A DNA stretch of 64,000 nt from Chlamydiia bacterium (GTDB lineage: Bacteria; Chlamydiota; Chlamydiia; Chlamydiales; GCA-2402025): assembly GCA_022601395.1 (NCBI GenBank), contig JAJACS010000006.1:3009-67008 (forward strand). The letters are read 5' to 3'. The position numbers and the translations under genes are program-made. Below, one piece after another: positions 18,315 through 28,578 of this stretch; position 1 is the first letter of the stretch; each line of letters begins with the position of its first letter. Under the pieces are notes generated by a model that did not search any database, had not been told where the DNA came from, and saw only the letters and a program-made list of their open reading frames with translations.

Positions 18315-19949
18315 TTATTTGCTAGTTGCGAAAAGGTCTTTTTCACCCCCAAACATCCTGATAAGCTCCTCTTCTTTGTCTTTTAAAGAGAGAGGTTCAA
18401 TGCTTGTAACGGTGCGGTTTTGGATCACCTTCTTCTGGATCTTTAGATGATAATGGGCTTCTTTTGCTACCTGAGGGAAATGTGTGATACAAAAGATTTG
18501 CCGCTTCTTGCCAAGCTCTTGAAGTTTTTTTGCAATCAGACTTGCGGTCTCGCCGCCAATGTTTGCATCAATTTCATCAAAGATCAGGATCTTTTCTTTT
18601 TGTTTGTCTGCCAAGATCAGCTTTAGAGCAAGCAGGACTCGAGAAAGCTCTCCTCCACTTGCGCACATCTTAAGGGGCTTTAAGCTCTCACCAGCGTTTG
18701 CGCTAAAGAAAAACTCTATAGCATCAGAACCAAAACTATTAGGGGTTGTATCGCTTACTTTTATCTCAAAGACAGAAGATGCCATGTTTAGCTGCTTAAG
18801 CTCTTCTGTAAGCTTTAAAGAAAGATCAAGAGCTGCCTGCTCTCTTTTCCTTGTTAAAGAGGAAGCTCTTTTAACCCTAAGGGAGGTGACATTGCTCAGC
18901 TGCTTCTTTTTAGCTTGCAGGCATTCATCAAAATTTTCAAAGTTATAGAGTTTTTGCAGAAGCTCCTCTTTGTGATGAATGATTTCAACTACGTCGTTTG
19001 CATAACGTTTTTTAAGAGAGTTTATAAGTGAAAGCCTTTTCTCAAGCTCTGCAACTTTGGAAGGATCTAAATCAAGCTTGTCAACATAGCTTGTAATAAA
19101 GAAACTAAGTTCTGAAAGTAGCTCTGATGCCGTTTCTACCTTTTTTAATATTTGATCAAAAGTTTGGTCTGCCTTTTGCATCTTTACAAATGAGCTTTTA
19201 AGAGTATTTAATTGTATCAAGATAGAAGTGTCACTATCTTCTAGGATCTCTTTAGCATCTTTAGCATAGGAAATAATATCTTGTGTATGTGAAAGCTTTG
19301 AGAAAATTTCAAATAGCTCTTCATCTTCTTTTTCCTTAAGGTCTGCACTCTCAATCTCTTCAATGCAGCTCTTCCAAAAGGGAGCTAAGCGTTTACTTTC
19401 TTCATATGAAGAGGTGATTGATTCAAGTTCTTTCTCTAAAGCTTTTTCTTCTTGAAACGATTCTCTATAAGAAGATAGTTCATCTTTTAACTCAGCAAAT
19501 AGATCTAAAAACAGCAGCTGCACTTTTTCATCTTTTAGCTCAAACTGTGAAGCGGCTCCTACAATTTCTAAAATATAAGGTGAGATCTTCTTTAGCGCAG
19601 CTAAAGAAACTTGCTGATTATTAATGAAGGCTCTGCTTTTTGATGCGGCTGTGAACTCTCTTGTTATAAGAAGCTCTTCTTCCTTCTCAATCTCGATTCC
19701 AAGTTCTTTTAAGGTTTCATAGAGCGTCTTATGAGTTGTGATATCAATCGCGCAGGAAAGGATCGCCTTTTCTTTAGAGTTGCGGATGTGTTTTGTGTCT
19801 GCCTTCTGGCCAAGAAGAAGTGCTAAGGCTTGCATAAGCATTGTTTTCCCAGAACCAGTCTCTCCTGAAAGCACATTAAATCCCTTGTGGAAAGGAATGC
19901 TTGCCTTATCGATGAGTATAAAGTTTGTAAGCTCTAGTTTTTTTAACAT
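18315..19949 (-). CDS. recN: DNA repair protein RecN
   Basis: N-terminal LELTNFILIDKASIPFHKGFNVLSGETGSGKTMLMQAL, a long coiled-coil middle, and C-terminal SGGELSRVLLALK....LIFDEIDANIGG. Confidence 0.9.
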   Translation of the reverse strand: MLKKLELTNFILIDKASIPFHKGFNVLSGETGSGKTMLMQALALLLGQKADTKHIRNSKEKAILSCAIDITTHKTLYETLKELGIEIEKEEELLITREFTAASKSRAFINNQQVSLAALKKISPYILEIVGAASQFELKDEKVQLLFLDLFAELKDELSSYRESFQEEKALEKELESITSSYEESKRLAPFWKSCIEEIESADLKEKEDEELFEIFSKLSHTQDIISYAKDAKEILEDSDTSILIQLNTLKSSFVKMQKADQTFDQILKKVETASELLSELSFFITSYVDKLDLDPSKVAELEKRLSLINSLKKRYANDVVEIIHHKEELLQKLYNFENFDECLQAKKKQLSNVTSLRVKRASSLTRKREQAALDLSLKLTEELKQLNMASSVFEIKVSDTTPNSFGSDAIEFFFSANAGESLKPLKMCASGGELSRVLLALKLILADKQKEKILIFDEIDANIGGETASLIAKKLQELGKKRQIFCITHFPQVAKEAHYHLKIQKKVIQNRTVTSIEPLSLKDKEEELIRMFGGEKDLFATSK

Positions 19950-20854
19950 GATCCAGTTAACACTTGCTCAGTTGTTTTAAAATGTAATTTTGCAACTTCT
20001 TGAAGGATTGTTTCTCCATGTTTCAATACAGCCACTTTTGCAGCATCAATGACCTGTGCACTTGCACCTTTAGGAAGCTTTAGTGTGAATTTATCTTTAA
20101 GCTCATCAAGGCCTTCTACAAAACTTGCTCTTGCAAGAATAGAAGCTCCCGCTACAACAGGATCTTCTTCACCCTTGTGTCTTTGTACAAGGTTGATATC
20201 AATAGATTTTCTGCTGAGAGCTTTAGCAACAACATGCTCTGACGCAAACTGATCGATAATAGCGCTTTTGCAACCTGTGTCTTCAACAAGTTTTTCAATA
20301 GCAGATGCATGCCCCCAGGCAAGCATCTGATTTAAGTTATGAAAGGTGTTGTACATCTCGTTATACCGCTTTGGGAAAATACGAACGATAGAATGCTTGA
20401 AACCTTTTCTTATATCTTTAGCAAGCTTCAAAATCTTATCATCATTCATACGTTTAGAGTCTTTGACACCCATTTTAAGAAGCTTTCCAATGTCCTCTTC
20501 ACCATTAACGTATAGACCGCCAATGCAAAGGGGGCCAAAATAATCTCCTTTTCCAGCTTCATCAACACCAATGCGCTCATGCATCTCTATATTCTTTTCA
20601 GGGTAGCTATAAGTCAAATCTTGTAAAATCTCAGGCTCTAAGTAATAAGTGATAAACTCATGCTTGTTTTTACCTTGAACCATAAGTTTTCCAGATTCAT
20701 AAAGAGTTAAGGAAACTCCTTTTTTCTTTGCTTGAAAAACCGTATACACAGGCTTTTTAAGTTCAAATCCCTGATCCTCCAAATCACTCTTCAGCTTAGC
20801 TGCAAGGCTTAGATTGATCGTTGTAACAAAACACTTGGTATCGTTTCCTGACAT
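19943..20854 (-). CDS. rnhC: ribonuclease HIII
   Basis: GVDEAGKGDYFGPL catalytic motif after an N-terminal domain of about 90 aa. 303 aa, overlapping recN by 7 nt. Confidence 0.8.
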   Translation of the reverse strand: MSGNDTKCFVTTINLSLAAKLKSDLEDQGFELKKPVYTVFQAKKKGVSLTLYESGKLMVQGKNKHEFITYYLEPEILQDLTYSYPEKNIEMHERIGVDEAGKGDYFGPLCIGGLYVNGEEDIGKLLKMGVKDSKRMNDDKILKLAKDIRKGFKHSIVRIFPKRYNEMYNTFHNLNQMLAWGHASAIEKLVEDTGCKSAIIDQFASEHVVAKALSRKSIDINLVQRHKGEEDPVVAGASILARASFVEGLDELKDKFTLKLPKGASAQVIDAAKVAVLKHGETILQEVAKLHFKTTEQVLTGSC

Positions 20855-21016
20855 AGTTTTTCCTTATAGATAATCGTGACTTACTATAGCAGAATTTTCA
20901 TTTCGAAGAAGAAAAAGCTCTATTTTGTAAATGCGCTCCTTTATCCTTTGCAGTAATTCGGAAAATTCTATAGTCTAGCGTTTAAGCGCTCAAAAAAAAA
21001 GCGTTTTGGAGGTTTA

Positions 21017-21424
21017 ATGGAAGAACAATTTAAAAAGTTAGGAACTCTCTTTAGATCAAAAAGAGAGGAAAAAAACCTCTCTCTAAAAGAAGTCGAAAAT
21101 TCTACTTCGATCCGTTCCAACTATTTAGAAGCTATAGAAGATGGGAAGATAGAGCAGGCTCTCTCTGCTGTATACATGCTTGGCTTCATCAGACAATATG
21201 CAAATTTTCTAGGTCTTGAAGTAGATAAGATCATTGCACAATATCCAGAAGTTTTTAACAAAGCAGGCCAAAAGCATGAGTTCGATTACGGCATCGGCAC
21301 TCTGGAAGTTCGCGGCAGCATGGGTGGGGGAGTCAAATGGCTACCAAACCTTGTTTGGGCTGGTGTTTCAGCTGTAGTCCTCGTACTACTATGGTATTTC
21401 GCAAAACAAATGGGCGTGATTTAG
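21017..21424 (+). CDS. rodZ: short RodZ-like HTH membrane protein
   Basis: The XRE-type HTH is LGTLFRSKREEKNLSLKEVENSTSIRSNYLEAIEDGK....GFIRQYANFLGLE. A single C-terminal TM follows (LVWAGVSAVVLVLLWYF). Confidence 0.6.
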   Translation: MEEQFKKLGTLFRSKREEKNLSLKEVENSTSIRSNYLEAIEDGKIEQALSAVYMLGFIRQYANFLGLEVDKIIAQYPEVFNKAGQKHEFDYGIGTLEVRGSMGGGVKWLPNLVWAGVSAVVLVLLWYFAKQMGVI

Positions 21425-21429
21425 TTTAA

Positions 21430-23496
21430 ATGGTAGATAAGAGCAATAGACTCATTAATGAGAAGTCTCCTTATCTTTTGCAACATGCTTACAACCCTGT
21501 GGATTGGTATCCATGGGGAAAAGAAGCATTTGAAGATGCAAAGAAATTCGATAAGCCAATTTTTCTTTCGATTGGTTACGCTACCTGTCATTGGTGTCAC
21601 GTGATGGAGAAAGAGTCTTTTGCAAATCCTAAAGTTGCAAAAGAGCTCAATGATACATTTATCTGCATTAAAGTAGATCGTGAAGAACTTCCTGAGATAG
21701 ATGGGCTTTATATGGAGTTCGCTCAGGTTCTCATGTCTTCTGGAGGCGGGTGGCCTTTAAACGTTGTACTAACCACTGATCTTAAACCCTTTTACGCTGT
21801 TACCTATCTACCCCCAGATAACTCTCAAGGTATGATGGGTCTTAGAGAAACAGCGATGCATATCAAAGAACTATGGTCATCTCAAGATAGGTCGCAAATA
21901 CAGCAGCAAGCAAGTGAGATGGTTTCTCTCTTTGAAGACTCAATTGTCATTCAAGGTGATGAGCTAATTGATGTTGTTCAAATTAGGCAAGCTGTACAAA
22001 TCTTACTAAGCCTTGCTGATACTGCTTATGGAGGGCTTAAAGGAAGTTACAAATTTCCTTTGTCATTCCAGTTGGACTATCTTCTTAAGTACGGCGCGAT
22101 CTTTGATGACAACAGACCCGTATTTTATGCAGAGCTCACTTTTGAGATGATGCAAAGGGGAGGGATCTACGATCACATAGGTGGCGGTTTCTCTAGATAT
22201 TCAGTTGATGACAAGTGGCAGATCCCGCACTTTGAGAAAATGCTCTACGATAATGCGATTCTTGCAAAAAGCTATTTAGATGCCTTTGTCTTTTTTAAGA
22301 AGCCTCATTACAAAGAAGTTGTCATAGCTACTTTAGATTACCTGATTAGAGAAATGAAACAGGATAGAGGTGGCTTCTATACTGCTCAAGATGCTGACTG
22401 CGGGGGGAAAGAAGGGTACTTCTATACTTGGAAAGTAGACGAAATTAAAAAAATTCTAGAAAAAGATGAACAAAGTCTGTTTTTAGAGTTTTATAACATT
22501 ACGAATGATGGGAACTTTGAAGGACGTAACGTTCTCTATACAAGCGATAGCTTGGAAGAGTTTGCAGAAGCAAAACATATTGACCCTCTATCTCTCAAGC
22601 AACAACTGGAAACCTCAAGAAAAGCACTTTTCGAAGTACGCAATAAAAGAGAAAAGCCCTTTACTGATGATAAAGTAATTACCTCTTGGAATGGGCTTGT
22701 TGTAGAAGCTCTTTTACGCGCTGGAGAAATACTGCAAAAAGAAGAGTACACCAAAGCAGCAGTGCAAACCCTCGAGTTCATAGAAAATTCATTGGTAGTG
22801 AATAAAAAGCTTCTAAGAAGATATCGAGATAGAGAAGCAAGGTTTGATGCGAATCTTGAAGATTACGCCTCACTAATCAAAGCACTGATTACAGCATTTG
22901 AAATGGGCCTTGGTGTCATCTATTTAAGACAAGCGATAAAGTATACAAAAATTCTAGAAACAGAATTTAAGTCAGAGGACGGAGCTTTTTATTTCTCTCA
23001 CGAAAATCATGATTCACTGCTTCTTAGAAAGTGCGAGTTTAATGATGGTTCGGAACCTTCTGGTAATAGCGTGCATGCAGAAAATCTTTTAAGGCTTTTT
23101 CAGATTACTCAAAATAGTGAGTATCTTTCTCAGGCTGAAGACATCTTTAAAGCTGCTATGGCTCTTTTTACGCAGCAGCCGCAATCCTGCACAAATTTGA
23201 TGAGTTCACTTTTAAGATACTGGGATAAAAAGGCGATCTTGCTTGTAGCGGTTATAGATGAAGATATGACGCTCGAAAATGAGTTAAGAGACTTTTTACG
23301 TAATAACTATACACCGCATTTGACGGTTGTTTGGAAATTTCAAAGTAGTGAAGAACAGTTGCTTCTCGAGCTCCCGCACCTTAGCGAAAAAACAAGAATA
23401 GATGGGCAGAGTGCGATCTATCTTTGTACAAGGGAAAAATGCTTACCTCCTGTTCTAAAAATAGATGACTTAAAGAAAGAAATTTCTAGTTTGTGA
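21430..23496 (+). CDS. thioredoxin-domain protein (DUF255 / YyaL-type, N-terminal Trx fold plus alpha/alpha-barrel)
   Basis: [29 protein letters not shown]....[17 protein letters not shown] is the characteristic N-terminus. Confidence 0.8.
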   Translation: MVDKSNRLINEKSPYLLQHAYNPVDWYPWGKEAFEDAKKFDKPIFLSIGYATCHWCHVMEKESFANPKVAKELNDTFICIKVDREELPEIDGLYMEFAQVLMSSGGGWPLNVVLTTDLKPFYAVTYLPPDNSQGMMGLRETAMHIKELWSSQDRSQIQQQASEMVSLFEDSIVIQGDELIDVVQIRQAVQILLSLADTAYGGLKGSYKFPLSFQLDYLLKYGAIFDDNRPVFYAELTFEMMQRGGIYDHIGGGFSRYSVDDKWQIPHFEKMLYDNAILAKSYLDAFVFFKKPHYKEVVIATLDYLIREMKQDRGGFYTAQDADCGGKEGYFYTWKVDEIKKILEKDEQSLFLEFYNITNDGNFEGRNVLYTSDSLEEFAEAKHIDPLSLKQQLETSRKALFEVRNKREKPFTDDKVITSWNGLVVEALLRAGEILQKEEYTKAAVQTLEFIENSLVVNKKLLRRYRDREARFDANLEDYASLIKALITAFEMGLGVIYLRQAIKYTKILETEFKSEDGAFYFSHENHDSLLLRKCEFNDGSEPSGNSVHAENLLRLFQITQNSEYLSQAEDIFKAAMALFTQQPQSCTNLMSSLLRYWDKKAILLVAVIDEDMTLENELRDFLRNNYTPHLTVVWKFQSSEEQLLLELPHLSEKTRIDGQSAIYLCTREKCLPPVLKIDDLKKEISSL

Positions 23497-23560
23497 TTAA
23501 TTAGTTCTTCTTATATCAATTGTAAGAGGAAGATTTCTAAAAATTATAAGAGAAAGCTTT

Positions 23561-25666
23561 ATGAAACAACGTACTTTTGGAGACTACAACATTATCAAAC
23601 AGATAGGGCAAGGATGCCTTGGTAATGTGTATGTAGCAGAACATAGATTCATTAAGAAGCAATATGCTTTGAAAGTGCTTCCTGAGGAACTTTCAAAGGA
23701 TAAAGCTTTTATTCAACGCTTCGAGAAGGAAGTTTCTGTACTTGCTCATTTAGATCATCCACATATCGTTAAAGTTCATAATGTCTCTTACTCCGACGGT
23801 TATTATTTCCTTGTTATGGATTGCATTGTAGACAATTACTCTGAAACAACGAATCTTGCTGAATACCTAAGAGTACACCAATGTAAAATGCAGGAGAGCG
23901 AATTTGTCAGCATACTTTCCCAGGTGGCCTCAGCTCTTGATTATGCTCACCAGAAAAAAGTTTCTGACCACTATTTCATTCACCGCGGACTCAAGCTTAA
24001 CAATATTCTCATTGGTAAAAGTGATGGAGGCTTAAGTGTTCACGTAACAGACTTTGGCCTTGCAAAAATCATTGGTGAAGGATCGATCCTTACAAGAACT
24101 TACAAGATTCTTGGTGATAGCTTATGTGTCGATACAGGAAGCTCTGAGAAATATGCTCCAACGCAAGATACGTCCAACGTAGCAAAACTTCATGCTTCGT
24201 TTTTGCAAACGTTTAACTTCCTTGCTCCTGAGCAAAAAGAAACCTCATCGAAGATACCTCTTACTCCTAGAGTGGATTCTTACGCCTTTGGAGTGCTTGC
24301 TTATTATCTTCTTACAAAGAAGTATCCAGAAGGTATTTTCCCTATGCCATCTGAAGTGCTGAAGGAACTGAAGCTTGATTGGGATACCCTCTTTAAAAAG
24401 TGTCTTCCATTTAATCCAAATGTAAGAACCTCTAATCTTTCTGATATGATGAATGTATTAAAGGGATCTCTAAATAATAGACAGCAGCAAACAGCTCAAG
24501 CACCTCCTGTGCAAGCGCCGCAAACAAATTATGTGCAGCCTACACAAGTGGAAGAGCCTCACATGCAGCGAGTGCCTGAAGCGCAAGAGCCAGTGCAAGC
24601 GCCAGCTACGCCGCAATATCAAGAAAGAGCAAGACCAGCACCAGCTGCAGCGCCTTATTCACAAGAAACGTTTACTAAAGCACCTGAGCCTCCATATACA
24701 TCAGAGCCTCTGCAAGAAACAAAAGAGGCGTTCACACCAGCGTACAATCCTCAGGTAGCAACACTTGAGCAGGAAGCGGCTCCAGAGCAAGAGATGAAGC
24801 AAGAGATGCACGAGCCAAAGCCTGTTTTAAATAAAGGTGAGATTAATAGACCTACATATGAAGAAGATCCCGCTTCGATCTTCCATTTGGAAACAACAGT
24901 AGCAAGATACATTCCTAAAGAAAACGAAATCAAAAACATCGAACCGATTTTAACTGAAATGGCCGTTGTTTCAGGTGGTGAGTACTTCAGAGGCTCAAAT
25001 GAAGGTGCAAGAGATGAAAGACCTAAACATATGGTACGTTTAAACAGCTTTGCTATCGATAAACACCCTGTTACAAACGAAATGTTTGTTCGTTTCTTAG
25101 AAGCTATGGGTGGTGAAAAAGATGTGAACAACAACGATATCATCAGACTTCGTGAATCCCGTATTAAGCGTCTTGCTGGAAAGCTAACAATAGAATCTGG
25201 ATATACGAAGCATCCAGTCATTGGCATCACTTGGTATGGTGCAACTGCCTACGCTAAGTGGGTTGGGAAAAGACTTCCAACAGAAGCTGAGTGGGAAATT
25301 GCAGCAAGATCTGGCCTTCCTGATATGGGGTATCCTACAGGCGGCGATATTGAAAGATCAGAAGCTAACTACTTTAGCTCAGATACAGTCAATGTTATGA
25401 GCTATCCTCCAAACCAATTTGGACTCTTCGATATGGCAGGGAATGTCTATGAGTGGTGTCAAGATTGGTATGACTATTCTTACTATGAACATTCATTCCA
25501 AGAACCCGAAGATCCAAGAGGACCTCAACAAGGTGTTTATAGAGTTCTTCGTGGTGGCTGTTGGAAAAGTCTTAAAGACGATCTTACATGTTCACATAGA
25601 CACAGAAACAACCCAGGTACTGTAAATAGAACCTACGGGTTTAGATGCTGCGCTGATGTGAAATGA
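23561..25666 (+). CDS. Pkn1-type Ser/Thr kinase-like protein fused to a C-terminal FGE-sulfatase (formylglycine-generating-enzyme-like) domain
   Basis: Kinase motifs are IGQGCLGNVYVAE, YALKVL, IHRGLKLNNILI (Gly in place of the catalytic Asp), VTDFGLAK and LAPE. A P/Q/E-rich linker spans about 24480-24830. C-terminal motifs are YRVLRGGCWKS and GFRC. Confidence 0.8.
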   Translation: MKQRTFGDYNIIKQIGQGCLGNVYVAEHRFIKKQYALKVLPEELSKDKAFIQRFEKEVSVLAHLDHPHIVKVHNVSYSDGYYFLVMDCIVDNYSETTNLAEYLRVHQCKMQESEFVSILSQVASALDYAHQKKVSDHYFIHRGLKLNNILIGKSDGGLSVHVTDFGLAKIIGEGSILTRTYKILGDSLCVDTGSSEKYAPTQDTSNVAKLHASFLQTFNFLAPEQKETSSKIPLTPRVDSYAFGVLAYYLLTKKYPEGIFPMPSEVLKELKLDWDTLFKKCLPFNPNVRTSNLSDMMNVLKGSLNNRQQQTAQAPPVQAPQTNYVQPTQVEEPHMQRVPEAQEPVQAPATPQYQERARPAPAAAPYSQETFTKAPEPPYTSEPLQETKEAFTPAYNPQVATLEQEAAPEQEMKQEMHEPKPVLNKGEINRPTYEEDPASIFHLETTVARYIPKENEIKNIEPILTEMAVVSGGEYFRGSNEGARDERPKHMVRLNSFAIDKHPVTNEMFVRFLEAMGGEKDVNNNDIIRLRESRIKRLAGKLTIESGYTKHPVIGITWYGATAYAKWVGKRLPTEAEWEIAARSGLPDMGYPTGGDIERSEANYFSSDTVNVMSYPPNQFGLFDMAGNVYEWCQDWYDYSYYEHSFQEPEDPRGPQQGVYRVLRGGCWKSLKDDLTCSHRHRNNPGTVNRTYGFRCCADVK

Positions 25667-26130
25667 TTTCTGTTCTCTTTGTTTGTTTCGGTAACATTTG
25701 TAGATCTCCTGCCTTGCATGGTTTTTTTGAGGAACGTATCAAAAAAAGTAAAAAGCAAAGTGACTACCATGTAGAAAGCTGCGGTATTGGCGCGCATTTT
25801 GCAGGAAGTGATATGGATGCTCGCATGAGCAAAGTATCTGAGAAAAGAGGTGTGTATTTTAGTCATAAAGCAATCACTTTTGAAGACGCTTTTTTTTCTG
25901 CATATGACTACATCTTTGTTGTTACAAATGAGATTAAAGAGTATTTGCAAGAGTCAGCCCCAAAAGGTGCATGTGAGAAGATCTATCTTGCAACGCACTT
26001 TTCCAAGCACTACAAAGATGAAGAAATCCCAGATCCTTATTATGGAGGGGAGGGAGGCTTTGAAAAGGTTCTCAATATGGTTGAAGACTCAGTAGATGGC
26101 ATTTTAGAGCATCTTGAAAGCTCTAAGTAA
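25663..26130 (+). CDS. low-molecular-weight protein-tyrosine phosphatase
   Basis: VLFVCFGNICRSP active-site loop (CX5R) and DPYY near the C-terminus. The start overlaps the kinase stop (ATGA). Confidence 0.85.
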   Translation: MISVLFVCFGNICRSPALHGFFEERIKKSKKQSDYHVESCGIGAHFAGSDMDARMSKVSEKRGVYFSHKAITFEDAFFSAYDYIFVVTNEIKEYLQESAPKGACEKIYLATHFSKHYKDEEIPDPYYGGEGGFEKVLNMVEDSVDGILEHLESSK

Positions 26131-26137
26131 GTATTCT

Positions 26138-26878
26138 CTATAACTGGGTGCGCTTTTCCCGAATCACAAGATTGATACTTTTCCTTCTTGTGAATGTCCT
26201 TTCAATTTGGTTGATCATGTACTTTGTGTATTTTTCTAAATAGGGATCATTGGCAAGTTTTGGGATTTCATAGCTCCACTCATAGAGGATATGTGAGGGG
26301 ATGCCAAACATCTCTTTTGTTATCATGCTTAAAAGGTACATCTGCATAGATGGCTTTATCGTAAGATACCCAGAGATAAAAAGATGCCACTTCTGAAGGT
26401 CGATCAGCTGCAGGTTATGCTGATACTCTTGTTTGATCGGCGCTGTATTAATCTGGACATACTCTGCTGTTTGACATCTAGATGAGAGGTATTCATCTTC
26501 TATGAATTTCAAAAGCTGAGACTTGTAACCTCTATCTACCGGCTCGAGCATATCGTAGATATGCAAGATCTCAACAAGCTCTTCCCTTAATACATCAACG
26601 TAGCAGTGAAGAAGACACCCTTTTTTAAAGCTATCTTCTTCTTTAATGATTTCATCCAGCGATACATCCGTTCGGTGGGTGTTCGCCCTTGAAACATTAG
26701 ACATATACCGTATATCAGGATAGATGTTTCCAAGCAGAAAAGCCTTACGATCTTCAACGTTGTAATACTTTAAAAAAAGATCACCGATGTATAGGTGCGT
26801 CAGCGGAGCCGCAGATTCAAGTGGAATCGCACAAAGAAAGCACAAGATCAATGAATATATAGAAAGCAGATATCTCAT
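26138..26878 (-). CDS. hypothetical secreted protein (weak resemblance to zinc-dependent phospholipase C-like family)
   Basis: Signal peptide (LILCFLCAIPLESAA), then THLYIGD....GNIYPDIRY....LLHCYVD. The family call is speculative. Confidence 0.35.
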   Translation of the reverse strand: MRYLLSIYSLILCFLCAIPLESAAPLTHLYIGDLFLKYYNVEDRKAFLLGNIYPDIRYMSNVSRANTHRTDVSLDEIIKEEDSFKKGCLLHCYVDVLREELVEILHIYDMLEPVDRGYKSQLLKFIEDEYLSSRCQTAEYVQINTAPIKQEYQHNLQLIDLQKWHLFISGYLTIKPSMQMYLLSMITKEMFGIPSHILYEWSYEIPKLANDPYLEKYTKYMINQIERTFTRRKSINLVIREKRTQL

Positions 26879-26949
26879 AATGCGTATGTAATATGCTCAA
26901 AACTCGCTTTGATCATACAGAGAAGACTGTAATCTATCAATACTTGATG

Positions 26950-27372
26950 CTACATCATTACACAATTGTCAGCTTCTATTACCCTAATTTCAAGTTGTAA
27001 GTTTAAGCTACTCAAGACTGGTTTATCTTTGGAGCTAATAGTAGTTGTCCATTCTTGTCTGCTGATAATGAACTTTTGAACAGGCCCTGCGATAGTAACA
27101 TCATGTCTTACTTGTACTATCAGTCCAGTATCATTACTTTGGTATCCATATGTTTCTGAATTCACCCCTATAATATCTTTATAGATTTCGCATATTTTTT
27201 CTACAAGGGCGTTAGCCCCTGTGATTTCTACTTTTTCTAAATCATTTTCAAAAATAGTTACCTTGATATTAGGATCACATAAAGCTTGGACTTCAGAATA
27301 TCTTCCAAAAAGTGCAGCTTGATTGAATTTTGCTACAAGAGCTTGTGGTTGCATATTGAATGGCTGTGTCAT
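26950..27372 (-). CDS. hypothetical protein, 140 aa
   Basis: Clean ORF with an ATG start. No motif recognised. Confidence 0.45.
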   Translation of the reverse strand: MTQPFNMQPQALVAKFNQAALFGRYSEVQALCDPNIKVTIFENDLEKVEITGANALVEKICEIYKDIIGVNSETYGYQSNDTGLIVQVRHDVTIAGPVQKFIISRQEWTTTISSKDKPVLSSLNLQLEIRVIEADNCVMM

Positions 27373-27587
27373 AGGAGTCCTAGTGTCCGATGTTTTTTGA
27401 AATTTGGGCGTCTATGCTAAAAGATTTTCTATATTAGTTAAAGCAGAGAACAGTTTTTAGTTTTTGAAGGAAGATAGTACCCTGATTCAGGGAGCATTTT
27501 TAACTAAAGTTTTACAAAAGCTCTCCTTTCTTGATAGTTCCGTATAGGTATGTTAGAATACAGATATTTATTGATTATGGGGACCCT

Positions 27588-28511
27588 ATGAAGTTGTTTT
27601 TGGCTAAACCTAGAGGTTTTTGCGCAGGTGTAGTAAGAGCGATTGAAACTGTGGAAAAAGCTCTAAAGCTATGGGGACGTCCTATCTATGTAAAACATGA
27701 GATCGTTCACAACAAGCATGTAGTAAAACGTCTAGAAGACAAGGGTGCTATTTTCATAGAAGATCTTGAAAAAGTTCCTGAAGGATCTAGGATCATTTAC
27801 TCTGCTCATGGAGTCTCTCCTGCAATAAGAAATATGGCAAAAAAAAGAAACCTTATTGAAATCGATGCTACTTGCTCCCTTGTCACAAGGGTTCATTCAG
27901 CAGCTCTTCGCTTTGCAAACAAAGGTTACAAAATTATTCTTATCGGGCATCGTAACCATGTAGAAGTAATTGGAACTGCTGGAGAAGCTCCTGATGTTAC
28001 AACCATTGTTGAATCAGAAGAAGATGTTAAAAAACTTTCTTTTTCTCAAGATGAGAAACTTTTCTATATCACACAAACAACTCTTTCTCTTGATGATGTT
28101 AAGGGAATCGTTGAAGCGCTTATTGATAAATATCCTCATGTTGAAACGCTGCCAAGCTCTTCCATTTGCTACGCTACAACAAATAGACAGATGGCAATCA
28201 AGGATATTTCTTCTAACGTAGATCTTGTTCTTGTTGTTGGTGATCCTACAAGCTCTAACTCTAATAGACTAAGAGAAGTTGCAGAGAACAAAGGGATCCC
28301 AGCTTATCTAATCAATAGTTCCTGTGAAATTGATGCGAGCTGGCTAAAGGGTGTGAAGTCGATTGGACTCACAGCTGGCGCGTCAACGCCTGAAGATATT
28401 GTGCAAAGCTGCACGGAGCATTTGATAAAGCATGGTGTCACCTCGACAACAGAGGTTGAAATCACAGAAGAGAATGTATTCTTCCAACTTCCGAAAGAAG
28501 TGCTTACCTAA
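27588..28511 (+). CDS. ispH: 4-hydroxy-3-methylbut-2-enyl diphosphate reductase
   Basis: MKLFLAKPRGFCAGVVRAI, SAHGVSP and TCSLVTRVH. I prefer the ATG at 27588 over the track TTG at 27531. Confidence 0.9.
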   Translation: MKLFLAKPRGFCAGVVRAIETVEKALKLWGRPIYVKHEIVHNKHVVKRLEDKGAIFIEDLEKVPEGSRIIYSAHGVSPAIRNMAKKRNLIEIDATCSLVTRVHSAALRFANKGYKIILIGHRNHVEVIGTAGEAPDVTTIVESEEDVKKLSFSQDEKLFYITQTTLSLDDVKGIVEALIDKYPHVETLPSSSICYATTNRQMAIKDISSNVDLVLVVGDPTSSNSNRLREVAENKGIPAYLINSSCEIDASWLKGVKSIGLTAGASTPEDIVQSCTEHLIKHGVTSTTEVEITEENVFFQLPKEVLT

Positions 28512-28578
28512 ATATTTTTACTGCTTTCTAATTTCTTAGTACGCTATAGAATAAAGACTGTGTAAAAATGGTTTTTTC

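Noticed and set aside
24751-25230. 159-aa minus-strand ORF inside the Pkn1-like gene, and similar antisense ORFs at 37237-37695, 18559-18948, 42238-42600, 5505-5840 and 56614-56955
   Set aside because: All are fully contained antisense to long ORFs with clear family motifs or strong SD sites. Their composition is typical of shadow frames.
27480-27492. Short palindrome CCCTGAtTCAGGG in the ispH upstream region
   Set aside because: It is a 6-bp stem with a 1-nt loop, too short and sterically unfavourable as a hairpin. It lies between divergent genes where no terminator is expected.
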